NCBI GenBank assembly: GCA_002269645.1
Contig: NIVC01001563.1
Coordinates: forward strand, 124,001-188,000
Reading direction: 5' to 3'
Length of the DNA stretch: 64,000 nt
Origin: Macrostomum lignano
Lineage: Eukaryota
The translations under genes were made by a program, and so were the position numbers. How positions within the stretch are numbered: the stretch's first letter is position 1; each line of letters starts with the position of its first letter. The notes under the pieces were generated by a model, which made no database searches, was not told the DNA's origin, and saw only the letters and a list, made by a program, of their open reading frames with translations. Below, piece by piece: positions 1-12,875 of the stretch.

Positions 1-3000
1 CCACAAGCTAGCTAGACATCTAGCTAACCATCTTGCGAATTGCAATTGACTTATCAACCGTGTGTGTGTCGGTCCTGGCTGCATTTTGCAGTAATTGCTG
101 ACTGTGCTGGTAATTGTCGCAATTTTGTGCCTCCGAATATAATTGACCGTCTTGAACAGTCTGGAAATTACGGGACCGCTTTTAAGTAGCCGGCGTAATT
201 GCAATCTGAATTTTCTTTGAATTTTACATGCGACAAGAAAATACTATGCATGCAGTATATGGAGAACGAGACAAAAAAGCATTACACAGGCACGATCAGT
301 CCTGTAAGCTCAATCAATCGCATATGGAGAGACAAACCATTTTTAGTATATGGATTTAGTTGTTCAATTTTCAATTGTGCCCAGGTGCTTGATTGCCATG
401 ATCGTAATTGCGCTGCAAGAAATTGTCTAAACAAGCAGGCCGCTGCAATTGTAGCAGTTAATCGATCATGCAAATAGCCTGAGCAGAAGATTTTCTATGA
501 TGGCCTGCAGGCGAGCGTCGCCATATGGATTTTAAGGTGGGGGGGGGACAAAGCCAAGAATTAAGCATGCACGGACTTTTTATTTAATTTTTGAAATACA
601 GGTTTTTTATCCAGCCTAATATAATGAATAAATGTATTAAATATTACATTCGTTTTTATAATTTATATCATTACAAAACTTGACAGCTGCAGAAATTCTT
701 AGCTGGTACCCTAATTAGTTCCTTGCCGCAAGTTTTCTCCGCTGGCAACTTTCTCAGCTGGCAAAGTTCGTAGTACATGTAGGACCCTGCACAATTGCAT
801 TCGAGGTGCCGTACTTGAGAGCGACCGGCCACCATCTCATTTATTGGAATTGGGCGTTAAATGTCAGAGGCACCGTTTCATTTGAAGGAAAGCCATTTTA
901 CTTTTTGACTTGTTATGGTCACGGAGCCAGAAGCGCTATGTACATGTAGCTAGTAGTATATAGTAGCACCAGCAGCGGTAAGTACCGGGGCGCCAGCATC
1001 CTATGGGGTGTGACAGCTAGCACAGGATGCCATGGACCAAGGGGTAGCCAGCAACAGGAGAGCTGCTGTAAGAGGTTGCTTTACTTTTAAGATATTACTT
1101 TTGGCAAGCCCATAACTACATGTACATGTACGCCTAGATGTAGAGTACGTAATGATTAACATCGCGTTATTACTACGCATTAGCTTAATCTGATGTTAAT
1201 TTATTACTGACTGAGATTAAATTTTCCTCACAAAGTAGTTCCTGCATAACTTATGTCTGTGTGATTGCATGTGCACAAGTAAAATACAAAGGAAATTCTT
1301 TGATTAATACACATGTAAAGACAATTAAATATTAGTAATTATTAAATATTAAAAAATTATAAATATACAAATATAGATTTCAAAACTTTATCGAACAGAG
1401 CTGTGCGCCATAGTGCGGTAAATACGACTGAAATGCACCAAAAAATCCTTAAAATTTTTTGTAGGTTTTAAGTCGGTTGCATTGTAGCTAAGAGAATTAG
1501 AAAAGTCAAGCTATAGTTTCGTCACCTTTATACTCATGCAGCCGTAAATTCCTAAAATTGCACCGCTTTGTTTCTTTTGAGTTTTCCTCAATCCAAAACG
1601 TAAATCTTAGCTGAAACAGAGTTTGACATAGTACAGTTTAATACTTAATACCTACTTCAATTAAGGAAGTGAGTTTAGTTTATTCTATTTTAATTTAAAC
1701 TTGACCGACACTTCTTTCTTAGAAATATCGCCAGCACCATTACTTTGCAAAACACGTAGGCTGTAGCACGCTTCTGTTGTATTTAGGACTAAGGAGCTTA
1801 AGCCGAGCTACCGATTCATAATAAAAATTATATAATGGTGTATAGCACAGCCATTTTGACTGTGATTTTCCTCGAATTTAGGTCCAGGCCAATATCTAGA
1901 TTAGACCTGGCTTATGTTATGTTATGTGTGAAGTGTGGCATTTTTTGGGGGTTTTATGACTGACATTTTCGTCTTCAACAAAAATTTTGATAGGCCTAGA
2001 GCCTTTTGCCTCCGGCACTTAATGCTTGCTGCAATTTTTTAAAAATTAAAGTCATTGTTTCAAATCACGTTTCAGCATTCAACTACAAAATCGCCTACCT
2101 ACTTATCTATAACTAGGCCTATATTATTATATTAGACTTAGTTTTAGACTTAGAGTTAGACATAACATTAACAATAAAATAATAATATTAATGCTAAGGC
2201 AGGCTGCAGTGGCCTTTTTGCTATTTATTAAAGATTAGGGTTAGGGCCTAGCCTAGCTAGGTTGACAATATTTATCATTAGGCCTAGGATTATGCCTAGA
2301 TAGCTATAGCTTAGGCCTACTGCTTATAGCTATATGCCTATAGCCCAAATTATAATTTTTGTTCAAAATCCTAAATGCATTCCCTATGCTATGTGTGCTA
2401 GGGTAGGCCTTAACAAAAACTTGTGCATTTGTGTATATCCATAGTTTGGATTGTGTATTAATGTATGCTGTATTTAATTCAAGAAAAAATGATAAGACCT
2501 CGTTTGTACACTAGGTTTGTGCACCAATACAAAAAAATTTGTCATTTGACACAATCTATCTGCTGTGTCATGTATGCCAAGATATACCTTGATATATACT
2601 AAAAATGCTAAGACCCTTGTTATATGCTAGGAAATCTTAGCATACATGTTGCTTTCCAAATTATAGGTATATATAGTTCTAACAAACTTGCGCAACTCTA
2701 AAAAGTTTATGTCATATGCACAGCTTATTTGTTTAAAAAACTTATATGATTTCATTTAAAAATATTAAATATTGTATTTGCTATAGTTAAACAAAGTTAT
2801 CATTTATCATATATTTAAAATAATAAAACAATACCATGGTCATGGAGCGGAGCAATATATTGTCATTAATAATAAAAAATAATTAGGCCCTATGAAATTT
2901 ATTTTTAGTTGTTTATTTTTAGGGTTAATTATATAGATTTGAGCTTTATATAAAACAAAAATAGATATGGCAGATGAAGAATTTAGCAAGCATAGCAGTG

Positions 3001-5524
3001 ATGAAAGTTCTACTATAGCCCCATAGTCAGGATGATATACATTACACCGGAAATTTCTGGCATACAATTGAAAATTTTACTTTTTTGGCATACAATTAGG
3101 CATAAAAAAATGAGGCGAAATATATTTGGCGTACCTTTTGGCGTGACACCGTGGCGTAAATACGCCAAGCAGCGTACGCCAACTCTAACCTTCATGCCAA
3201 AGTTAATATTAACAATTGTTGGCATAATGCCATAACCTCAGAATCTTATTATAAAATCATAAAAACTGTAAAGCTAGTAAGCAAAGATGAAAGTTCATAA
3301 CTATTCATGATTTATAAAAATTTAAAATTCTACACAAATTAATCGTGTTGATTTTCTAAAAAAAACTTAAACAATAAATTGATTTTTGTTGGCATTATCT
3401 GTAAGCTAATTTACTTTAAAGGAAAACCACACATTTGTTACATTTTTATTGTTAAAAAATGTGTAACACGCAAAAAAGGTCATTTATTGTTGCAAAGCCT
3501 AGAAAACCTGGCGTAAGTTCCTTGGACCTTGGCGTACGTTTCAGTATAAAGTGGCATAGATTTTTTTTAGGGGACTTTTTATTCCCTATCGCAAGATAAG
3601 CAATGAAAAGTAAGTCTTGATTGTTGCTGCCATCAAGAGGTATGATAGTGCAATAGTACTAAGCACATTTTGCAATAGCTGGATATAAAGAGAAAAACTA
3701 TATATTTTATTAGGCATTACTATGAAATAATGGGCCTGTTTGATTGGGTTCTCTGAAATCAGTGTTAATATCAATCATTTTTTGATATGCCATCTATTTG
3801 CAGATGTTATTTCAGTGAAGTTATTCGTGAAGAACTTGTACAAACACTGTGAAAAAGATTAATTGTGTGCCAAGATTCTCAAATTGGTTGCTCCATAGAT
3901 CCTCCTTTTGGGCCATAGACAATGAAGAGCAAGTCTTCAATAGCTTGATTTTCCTACTTAGGATTAAATTGCTTGCTCCTAGGCTTAATTGGCTTGAAAA
4001 ATGCTATATTTAAGTATTTAAATTATATAGGTTGTAAAAGCAGCATTACATAGTATAGTAGTAGTGGTATTAGTAGTATTATAGTATTATATAGTAGTAT
4101 TATAGTATATATAGTATATATAGTATATAGTATACTTGTACTTTTATATTAAGATATAGTATATCTTAATATACTATATATATACTATATAGTATATATA
4201 TAGTATATACTAGCAATGTTGTACCCCCCTTTGGTGCAGCCGTTAAGAAAGGGACAAAATTTTGTTACTTAAATGAATTAGAAAAATATGCTTTAAAAGC
4301 TATGAAAATTTAGTATCATACTAACATACAATCACCTTTTGAGTAAAAATATCATGGACAAAGATATTTGCTATGAATCTCTTTTTTTCTAAAACTAACA
4401 AAAGTACACAAGAAAAAAAACCTTCACAAAAAGTAGCAGCCATTTTCTAGATGGCAAGCCTCCCCCCAGACAGCAAGCGTCCCCCCTGATAGCAAGCACC
4501 CCCCCCCCCGATAGCAAACACCCCCCCCCAAAAGCAAGCATCCCCTCAGATAGCAAGCATCATCCGATAGCAAGCATCCCTGCAAAGAAATGCAAAGAAG
4601 AGTTTAGAGGAAAATATATAGTATGAAATAATTCTAGATTTGAAATGATGTAAATATATTGCATTTAAGAATTGTTGAATAAGAAAAACAATTTAATGAT
4701 ATTTTTATCTTTAAAAAATTCAACAGTTTTGGTTTTACTTGTTTCTAATCAAGCTTATTATTCTTTCTATAGATGTTATATGTGTATTATAAAAGTTTGT
4801 TAAGATGATAGAACCCACAGTGTTTTAACAATATTAACAAAGACAATGTTAAATGGCTTTCTACCTTACTCTCTACCCCACCCTACTCGCATCAAGTGCA
4901 GCCTATTTTGGCAAAAGTGAATTTTTAGTTTGCATAAATGTTACATATTTTGGCAAAAGAAAGTGACCAGTTTGGTGAAAAAATAAGGCTATTTAATTAT
5001 AACTTATATTTACAAGTAAAAAAACTTTGGTAATTGTAGCTTTAAAAAATTATTAATTGACTGCCTTGCACATATTTGTAGTTTATAAATTAAAAAACTC
5101 ATAACTTAGCCAGTGGCTAAATGTTATCTACATGCAAATCACAATTGATAGATTAGGAATAATAGTGTGGTTTTTCAGCTTTTCAGTTGTTTAATCATAC
5201 TTTAAAATCCCAATTTAATGGAATGGCACCTAATGAAACAACTTTTTTCTAATCAAACAGTAAAATTGCCACAGAATTAAACCATAGTACACTAAAAGTC
5301 TTTTTAAAGTTTGTCTTCTTTTTTGACTTTTTTTCTGAAACAACAAACTCTTCACTCTTTGCTAGAGCTTGAATCAATCTCAATAAATTGTTTGCCAAAA
5401 TTGCCAATTTTAGACAAAATGGTTATAGCAAAATTTTTTTGCTATTATCAACTTTGGCCAAAAATTCCTTTGCCAAAGTGAGTTGAAACCTCTTAATCCC
5501 CACTTCTTTCCTAGCAAATGAATA

Positions 5525-6854
5525 CGAGGGGCACCCAAAAAGTTTTAGCAATTAGTCAACTATTAAAAAACAGTAACTGCAAAGAACAACTGAACATGTT
5601 ACAATCCTTCAATGTAGTCTCCCCCTCTCTCAATGCACTTTTGGTGCCGCCGAATCCATGCTTCAAATGCACCATGGTACTCAGAAGCAGGTATGGCCTT
5701 AAGCTCTGAATTGATGCACTTAGCCAGGTCTTGGCATTGGTGAAAATTCTGTCCTGCCAGCCATTTAGTCAGCTTGGTGAACACCCAGAAGTCGCAAGGA
5801 ACCAAGTGAAGACTGTAGGGTGGGTGGCAGATGGTCTTGATGTTGTTGGCTGCCAGAAAGTTGGTTGTCAGGGCCGCTGTGTGACTGGATGCATTGTCAT
5901 GGTGCAGGTGAACTTGCCCAGCTTGAAGCCATGAGGGCTGAGTTGCATGAAGTGACGCCATGAATTGTGGCAGAACCGTACTGAAGTAGAAGTTGGCATT
6001 CATATTCTGTCCATTAGGCACCATGATGATGGCCACGGGCCCAGATGTGCTGATGAAGACAACAAAAATCTCCTTCTGGGACCGAAAGCTGGACTGCAGG
6101 ACAGTCAGCCTCACGTCTCCAGAGCCCACCCAGGCCTTGTTCTGCATCTTCTGGGACACTTGAAAATAAAAAAACCATTTCTCATCACCTGTAACAACGT
6201 CAGAAAGCCTCTGGCTGCCTCCTGGACCAAAGTTGCGCAGGAGTTCCTGGCTGCACTGCACCCTCTCCCTTTTCTGCTCTTCTGTCAGGAGGTGGGGCAC
6301 CCAGCTGGCGGTGACCTTGCGGAGGCCCAGGTGGCTATGCAGGATGGTGTGCGTACTGCCATTGGAAATACCGATAGTCTCGCTAATCACAGAGATGGTA
6401 ATGTTTGGATCCTCGTCCACCAGAGCCCTGACAGCAGCGATGTTGGCTTCGGTCACAGCTGTGCTAGGTCGTCCAGATTGGGGGTCGTCGTTCAAGGAGG
6501 CCCGTCCAGCGTTGATGGACTCTATCTACCGGGTGACCGTGCGATAGGAAATGGCTTGGTCCCCGACTACCTGACCAGGTCTGCATGGATTTTGACCACG
6601 CTTTCTCCAAGTTGTGAGCACATGAAAATGTAGAATTGCTACTGGTCTGGTTGCATTGGCTCCATTTTCGGCAGAGTGTAAAACACCACCTTGCATTGGC
6701 CATGCACAAGTATAACACATTCGAGGGAAAAAAAGTCATGCTCTGTGGTTGAAACCAATATATGTCTGCAATTTAGTAAAAAAATTTCAACGCTTTATGA
6801 TATGTACTTTTGGAGATATTAGGTCAGTTGCCAAAACTTTTTGAATGCCCCTTG
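5525..6854 (-). mobile_element. Mariner (Tc1/mariner, D,D34D) DNA transposon, full length but decayed
   Basis: Imperfect terminal inverted repeats (CGAGGGGCACCCAAAAAGTTTTAGCAA at 5525; TTGCCAAAACTTTTTGAATGCCCCTTG ending 6854), TA on both sides, length 1330 bp. The ORF has WVPHLL, TGDEKW, HHDNA and YSLHLVPCDF, with 34 residues between the second and third catalytic D. Confidence 0.93.
5599..6670 (-). pseudogene. Mariner transposase pseudogene
   Basis: ORF 5599..6495 covers the catalytic domain. The N-terminal HTH (MEPMQPDQ*QFYIF...VVGDQAISYRTVTR*) upstream has stop codons and a frameshift. Confidence 0.85.
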
Positions 6855-8205
6855 TAGTTTTAGAAGAAGAAAAGCTTCTTATTTACTCAGTAGACAAACT
6901 GTTAGTAGACAAATTAACTAGAAACCTAATGGGTCATAGGAAATTGCCAAAGCACTTAATCTGAGAAGAGTTGGCACCAGAGGAATGTGTTAAGGTAAGA
7001 GTTGAAAAAGTTTCTATGCTTTTCAATGCCTATGTTTTTTGGTGCCTAGTGTAAAAAGAAATACTGATTTTGTTTAACTGGCATGTTTCTTTAATTTCAA
7101 AAAGTGAGTTGGTTTTTTGCATACATATATTAAAGCCTTTTTATATTTCTTAAAAAAAAATAATTTCAATGAAAAATTGACCTAAAAGTGATACAATTGA
7201 AAAATATAAGTTTCTTTATAAATAAATTGTCTGTATTTTAAAATGAGTTTAAATTGGTAGAAAATTTGTTTTAAATAAATTTAAGATCTAATAGAATATA
7301 AAAGTGTATTTAAAGCATTTTCATATTTTTATTATATCTAGCAATATGATATGTGCAATGGTAAAATGAAAAATAGCTAAAATGGACTATTTATACAATT
7401 TAGGAATATTGATAATAAAGTATTGTTTAGTTTAATAATTTTTTAAAAGCAAGGGCTATATGCATTCTAGTTATACAACTAGCAAAGGCATTATTTCTAA
7501 TTCTGCTTACTTCCTAAGCAGGCACATAAGCACATAGATATGTAATGATATGCATAGATATAAACTGATAAGAGTACAGTTGGGTTCACAGAAAAATGTC
7601 GAAATTCTGTGGACTCAGTTGCAGAATTCTGTGGAATTGGTGTGTGAAAAAATAATATGATTGGCTAGTGGGAAACCAATTGGGGCCCCCATCAACTCCA
7701 GGGAATTCTATGTTACATTTATCTTTGAGAAAGTTGGTTTGTATAACTAAACCAACAAAGCAAGAAATTAACCTTGCTTTTGACTAAAAAATGCAATGCA
7801 AGAAAAGATAGAGAGGGGCAATAATTAAAAGCTGACAAAATCCTGTGTGGCAGCACATGATGACTGCATGGCAAAAAGCCAAAGAAAGGCCCTTCAAACC
7901 AAATGGGACTTAGAGCATGCAGTGAGGGGTTCCTAAAGAGAAGGGAGGTGGCCTCAATGAGTGGGAAGGAATGTTAAAGGCTCCACAGTATGACCCCCAC
8001 CCCAATATAGACAATTTTGCTTTTTAGGAAGCCTTTACCCAGCTTGCATTTTGTACTCAGAACTGTACATATAGTGGGAGTATTAGATCCCTATCTATCT
8101 CAAACCCTAATAAGGGTCATGATGTGCTAAAGGAGGCAAAGTCTAGCTGGTCAAAGTCAAACTCTATCTTCTGTTCTACATTTTGAGCAGCGCTATGGCA
8201 CATTA

Positions 8206-8986
8206 CCCTCTGGTAAATAAACCAGATAACACCACAAGATAATTTGCGAATCTTGTCAGATTCACTACCGATTTCCTTGTTTGAGTTGCGAAACTGGTGA
8301 AACCACCAGATTCGTCACCAGGTAATTTTTTGTTTTCTTGTTTGACTGTTATCTGGTGAGTTATCTGAATTTCACCAGATAACATGGCCGGAATCTTGCT
8401 TAGAAATCAGATTACATGACAAGATTTGCCACCAGATAATTTTTGTTTTCTTGTTTGACTGTTATCTGGTGAGTTATATGAATTTCACCAGATAACATGG
8501 CCCGAATCTTGCTTAGAAATCAGATTACATGACAAGATTTGCCACCAGATAATTTTTTGTTTTCTTGTTTGATTGAATCTTGTTTGAATCGGAATTTCAC
8601 AGGATAACATGGTGCGAATCTTGTTTGAAAATCAGATAACAGTACAAGATTCGCCACCAGATAATTCTCTGTTATCTTGGTTGATCGAATCTTGTTTGAA
8701 TCGGAATTTCACAGGATAACATGGTGCGAAGCTTGTTTGAAAGACAGATAACAGTACAAGATTTAAATCAGAATAACTGTGCGTTATCTAGTCTGTAAGA
8801 AACCTGTGTGAATCTGAAATTTACCGGATAACATGGTGCGAATCTTGTTTGAAACAAGGAAACGTAAGATTTCGTCACGCAAACAAGATTCATACAAGAT
8901 AACATTTTGCATAACCGGAATAGGGCATGTTATCTTGTTTGAGCGAATGTTATCTTGTGGTGTTATCTGGTTTATTTACCAGAGGG
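8206..8986. mobile_element. Non-autonomous DNA transposon (MITE-like) with 37-bp perfect TIRs and internal ~113-bp tandem units
   Basis: CCCTCTGGTAAATAAACCAGATAACACCACAAGATAA at 8206-8242 is the exact reverse complement of 8950-8986. TA flanks both ends (8204-5, 8987-8). No transposase ORF. Confidence 0.85.
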
Positions 8987-9371
8987 TATTACTTCAAACT
9001 TGGATTTAAACTGTAATGCTGAATTTAATTCTATATGCCAGAACAGCACATTTCATGTTTTGTAGAAATCTGAAAACAACAGCTTTGTAAACAAGTGGAA
9101 ACAAGTGGATAAAAGTTGTTAATAAAAATTAAGTATTAATATTTTTTGTTTGTTTAAGCAGTTCAATGTTGAACACACTTGCTTAAAATGTTTTCTTGAA
9201 TTCTTAAATTCATGTTTTTTAGGTTTCACAGCGCCAATTAGAGAACAGTTTATTACCTAATAATTCAAGCAACTAAGCACTAAAACAAACCAGCCAAGGT
9301 AAGGAGCTTTAGGTCACGCTACTAGTAAAGCCTAATTAAAATTCAAAATAGGGAAAAAGAAGTCAAAGAAG

Positions 9372-10687
9372 ATGTCGAGCGACGAAGCCCAGAAAGCTAG
9401 CGACGAGCAGCAGCAGCAGCAGCAGCAGCAGGAACAGCAGGAGCAGCAGCAGACTTCTCCAACGCAGCAACAGGCGCAGGAGGCGGCCTCATCTGCAGCT
9501 GCCGAGGCTCCAGTCGATGCTGCTGCTGATGCTGCTGCATCCGCTTCGTCGAATGTAGCATCGGGCTCCGGCGGCCGGCAGCAGCAGCAGCCTCAGCAGC
9601 AACCCCAGCAGCAGCAGCAGCAGCGGTATCCCGAAACTCGCATGGGTCGCCTGGCTGGCAGCGACCGGCCCCTAACTATGCGAGAGCGGGCCAGGCTTGA
9701 AGAGATCGAAATGCTGGAGGCGGAACTGGCCGAACTTGGCGACGCCCTGCCGAATGCTAGGCGCCTATTGGAATTGGAGATTCACCGCCTGCGCTGGGGC
9801 GTCACGGATATGATCGACTTGTTGAACAATCGCAAGTGCAAGATTCGCAGCAAGGTGCTAATACCGCAGGATCAATATCCCGGCTTTAATTTTGTTGGCA
9901 AACTGCTCGGCCAAGGCGGCGCCAGCTTGAAGAAGCTGCAAGAGGAGACCGACGTTAAAATGTCAATCCTTGGCGCCGGCTCCATGCGCAACGAGCTCAA
10001 GGAGCAGGAGTGCCTGAATACCGGTGAAGCCAAATTCCAACACCTGAAGCAGACTCTGCACCTGCAGATTGACTGCCTTGCCGAGCCTACCGAAGCTTAT
10101 TATCGTATTAGCCACGCCCTGTCTAAGGTAAATTTTGAGAAGCATCGATTTTATAGTCTATTGATGGTAGTAGTCTAGAGGCCCAGCAATGATCTCCGTT
10201 TCCCCAGGTCAAGGAGGCAATGACGCCGGATCCGAACGAGCTGGCTCAGTACTATTCCAACCAGATGCAGCAGCTCAACGTTGGCCCAGGCGTGCCGCAG
10301 CCTCCGGCACCTTTCCCCGTTATGGGCGCCGGCGGTGGCCGCGGCGGCCGAGGCGGCGGTGGTGGCGGCCATTTCGGCATGCCAATCGGCGCTATGGGCG
10401 GCCCCGGCGGACCCGCTGGCGGCGGCTACGCCGGCGGCCCGATGGGCGGCGGCATGCGCGGGCGCGGCGGCATGCGCGGTCGCGGCGTCTACGCCGGCGG
10501 CCCACCCGGGGTGCCAAACGGGGGCGGCATTCACTACGGGGACAATCATCACGGCGGCGGCGGCTACCCCAAGCCTGGCTGGGCGCCTGTCTACCGCGGC
10601 GGCGGCGGTGGCCCTCGCGGCGGCTACCAGCAGCAGCAGCAGCCGGGCGGTCGAGGCGGCGCCAGCGGGGGCTACGTCGTGTCTTGA
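9372..10687 (+). CDS. KHDRBS: STAR-family KH-domain RNA-binding protein (Sam68/KHDRBS type), polyQ N-terminus, RGG/Tyr-rich C-terminus, ~411 aa
   Basis: Exons 9372-10127 and 10208-10687; 80-bp GT-AG phase-0 intron. KH motif KVLIPQDQYPGFNFVGKLLGQGG...SILGAGSMR; QUA2-like ISHALSK|VKEAMTPD. Paralogue cannot be assigned. Confidence 0.9.
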
Positions 10688-11897
10688 GTTTTTCGCTGTC
10701 CGGAGAGCGCTCTATGCGAGTACTGAATTGGGCTTTGGGAAGGGACCGCGGATATTCAATAACCTAGATGGGCCACTCGCTCTACTTTCTGTTCAGTAGT
10801 GGGGAAGAATGCGTTAGCTGTGTTTTATGAAACAAATTCTGTCGGGTTTGGAAGGGTTGAAAGTAGTGAACACGCGAATGCCCATCTAGTTGTTTTATTA
10901 TCTGTGGGTGGGACAGATTTTGTGGGGGCTACGGACAGACGGTCAGACAGGCACCCTCCGTGTTACTTAAAGCTAATCAATTGTTAAAAGTTTGCTAAAT
11001 ATTAACAAAATTATCTCGCCCTTGGAAGTCCCTGGTGTTCCTGTCTGCCTGTCTGTCTGTCCAGTGTCTTCGCTTCAGTGTTTGTTTCGCCCTTGCTATT
11101 TTTCTCTGTCGTCCTGTGCTGGTCAAGCCGGTCTCCGCGTGCTACCGCCAACCTCTCCCCCTTTCTCACATGGCTCGCTGCGTCAACCGTTTCGTGGTTT
11201 TTTTGATTTTCACATTTACCTGTCCCGATTTTTATATATATATACCTACTTTTGTGTGCTTTTTATATACAACTGGGCGCGCCTATTGAGCTGACTGCAC
11301 CGTTCCTGTTCCGGTCCCTGTGCTCTTGGCTCTGTCCGCACCCTACAGAACCGGTTACTGCATTCAACATCCCTGTGCTGGTTCCAATGCCCCGGCCGAG
11401 CTGATACAAGTCAGCTTTGAAAGCTCGCCGCCATATCCCCCTTGATTTGAACAACCAGCGGCTCATGCTTGATCTATTTGACTTGGAAGGCGTGCTTTAC
11501 TTTTTCTTCTGACGGCGCTGTTTTTGCTCCAGCTCTTCTTCTGTCTACTTTTTTGCAGGCTCGAATTTCTTCAATCTTCGGTCCTGTTGTACTTTTTTTG
11601 GCTTGCCCAACCCACCTTTCGATTCGGTTCCTTCTGGAGTCCACTTGTTGTTTTTTTGGCCTTCTTTTAATGCCAAACAGTGCAACTGTGTGCGTGCGTG
11701 TGCTCCCCGGTCTCCCGATAAATGCTGTCTTCGGTTTTTTGCTTCTTCCGTTGCGCCGTTGCTCCAGCTCTCTCTTTGTCTCTCTTTCTTTCCAGCCTCG
11801 CCCCGCAAACCTGGCATTTTACTAGCCTCAGCCATTGTGCATCCACAGGCCGCGAAGCAATGGGGATTTCTATTGATAACTTAAAAACTAATTGTCA

Positions 11898-12875
11898 TTT
11901 TGAACTGGTAGGGTTCCCAGTATCAGGTTTTGTACTGGTTGGGTTCCCAGTATCAGGTTTTGTACTGGCTGGGTTCCCAGCATCAGGTTTTGTACTGGCT
12001 GGGTTCCCAGTATCAGGTTTTGTACTGGTTGGGTTCCCAGTATCAGGTTTTGTACTGGCTGGGTTCCCAGTATCAGGTTTTGTACTGGTTGGGTTCCCAG
12101 CATCAGGTTTGTACTGGTTGGGTTCCCAGCATCAGGTTTTGTACTGGTTGGGTTCCCAGCATCAGGTTTTGTACTGGTTGGGTTCCCAGCATCAGGTTTT
12201 GTACTTGTTGGGTTCCCAGTATCAGGTTTTGTACTGGTTGGGTTCCCAGCATCAGGTTTTGTACTGGTTGGGTTCCCAGCATCAGGTTTTGTACTGGTTG
12301 GGTTCCCAGCATCAGGTTTTGTACTGGTTGGGTTCCCAGCATCAGGTTTTGTACTGGTTGGGTTCCCAGCATCAGGTTTTGTACTGGTTGGGTTCCCAGC
12401 ATCAGGTTTGTACTGATTGGGTTGCCAGCATCAGGTTTTGTACTGGTTGAGTTTCCAGCATCAGGTTTGTACTGGTTGGGTTCCCAGCATCAGGTTTTGT
12501 ACTGGTTGGGTTCCCAGCATCAGGTTTTGTACTGGTTGGGTTCCCAGCATCAGGTTTGTACTGGTTGGGTTCCCAGCATCAGGTTTTGTACTGGTTGGGT
12601 TCCCAGCATCAGGTTTTGTGCTGGTTGGGTTCCCAGCATCAGGTTTTGTACTGGTTGGGTTCCCAGCATCAGGTTTGTACTGGTTGGGTTCCCAGCATCA
12701 GGTTTTGTACTGGTTGGGTTTCCATTGTCAGGTTTGTACTGGTTGGGTTCCCAGCATCAGGTTTTGTACTGGTTGGGTTTCCATTGTCAGGTTTTGTACT
12801 GGTTGGGTTCCCAGCATCAGGTTTTGTACTGGTTGGGTTCCCAGCATCAGGTTTTGTACTGGTTGGGCTTCCAGC
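11898..12875. repeat. Minisatellite, 30-bp unit (GTTTTGTACTGGTTGGGTTCCCAGCATCAG, some 29-bp), ~32 copies
   Basis: Read directly; explains the spurious repetitive ORFs at 11722-12897. Confidence 0.97.

Noticed and set aside
1400-1415. Possible lone transposon termini: Transib-like TGCGCCATAGTG here, TACAGTTGGGTTCACA at ~7577, CACTGTAAAAAA at 56942
   Set aside because: No matching partner end was found in the window.
1-5500. Short ORFs in the AT-rich first 5.5 kb
   Set aside because: No recognisable motifs, no coding-like codon bias, and no consistent splice structure.
11898-12875. Regular repeat arrays as possible CRISPR arrays
   Set aside because: Units are contiguous with no unique spacers, there are no cas genes, and the context is eukaryotic.
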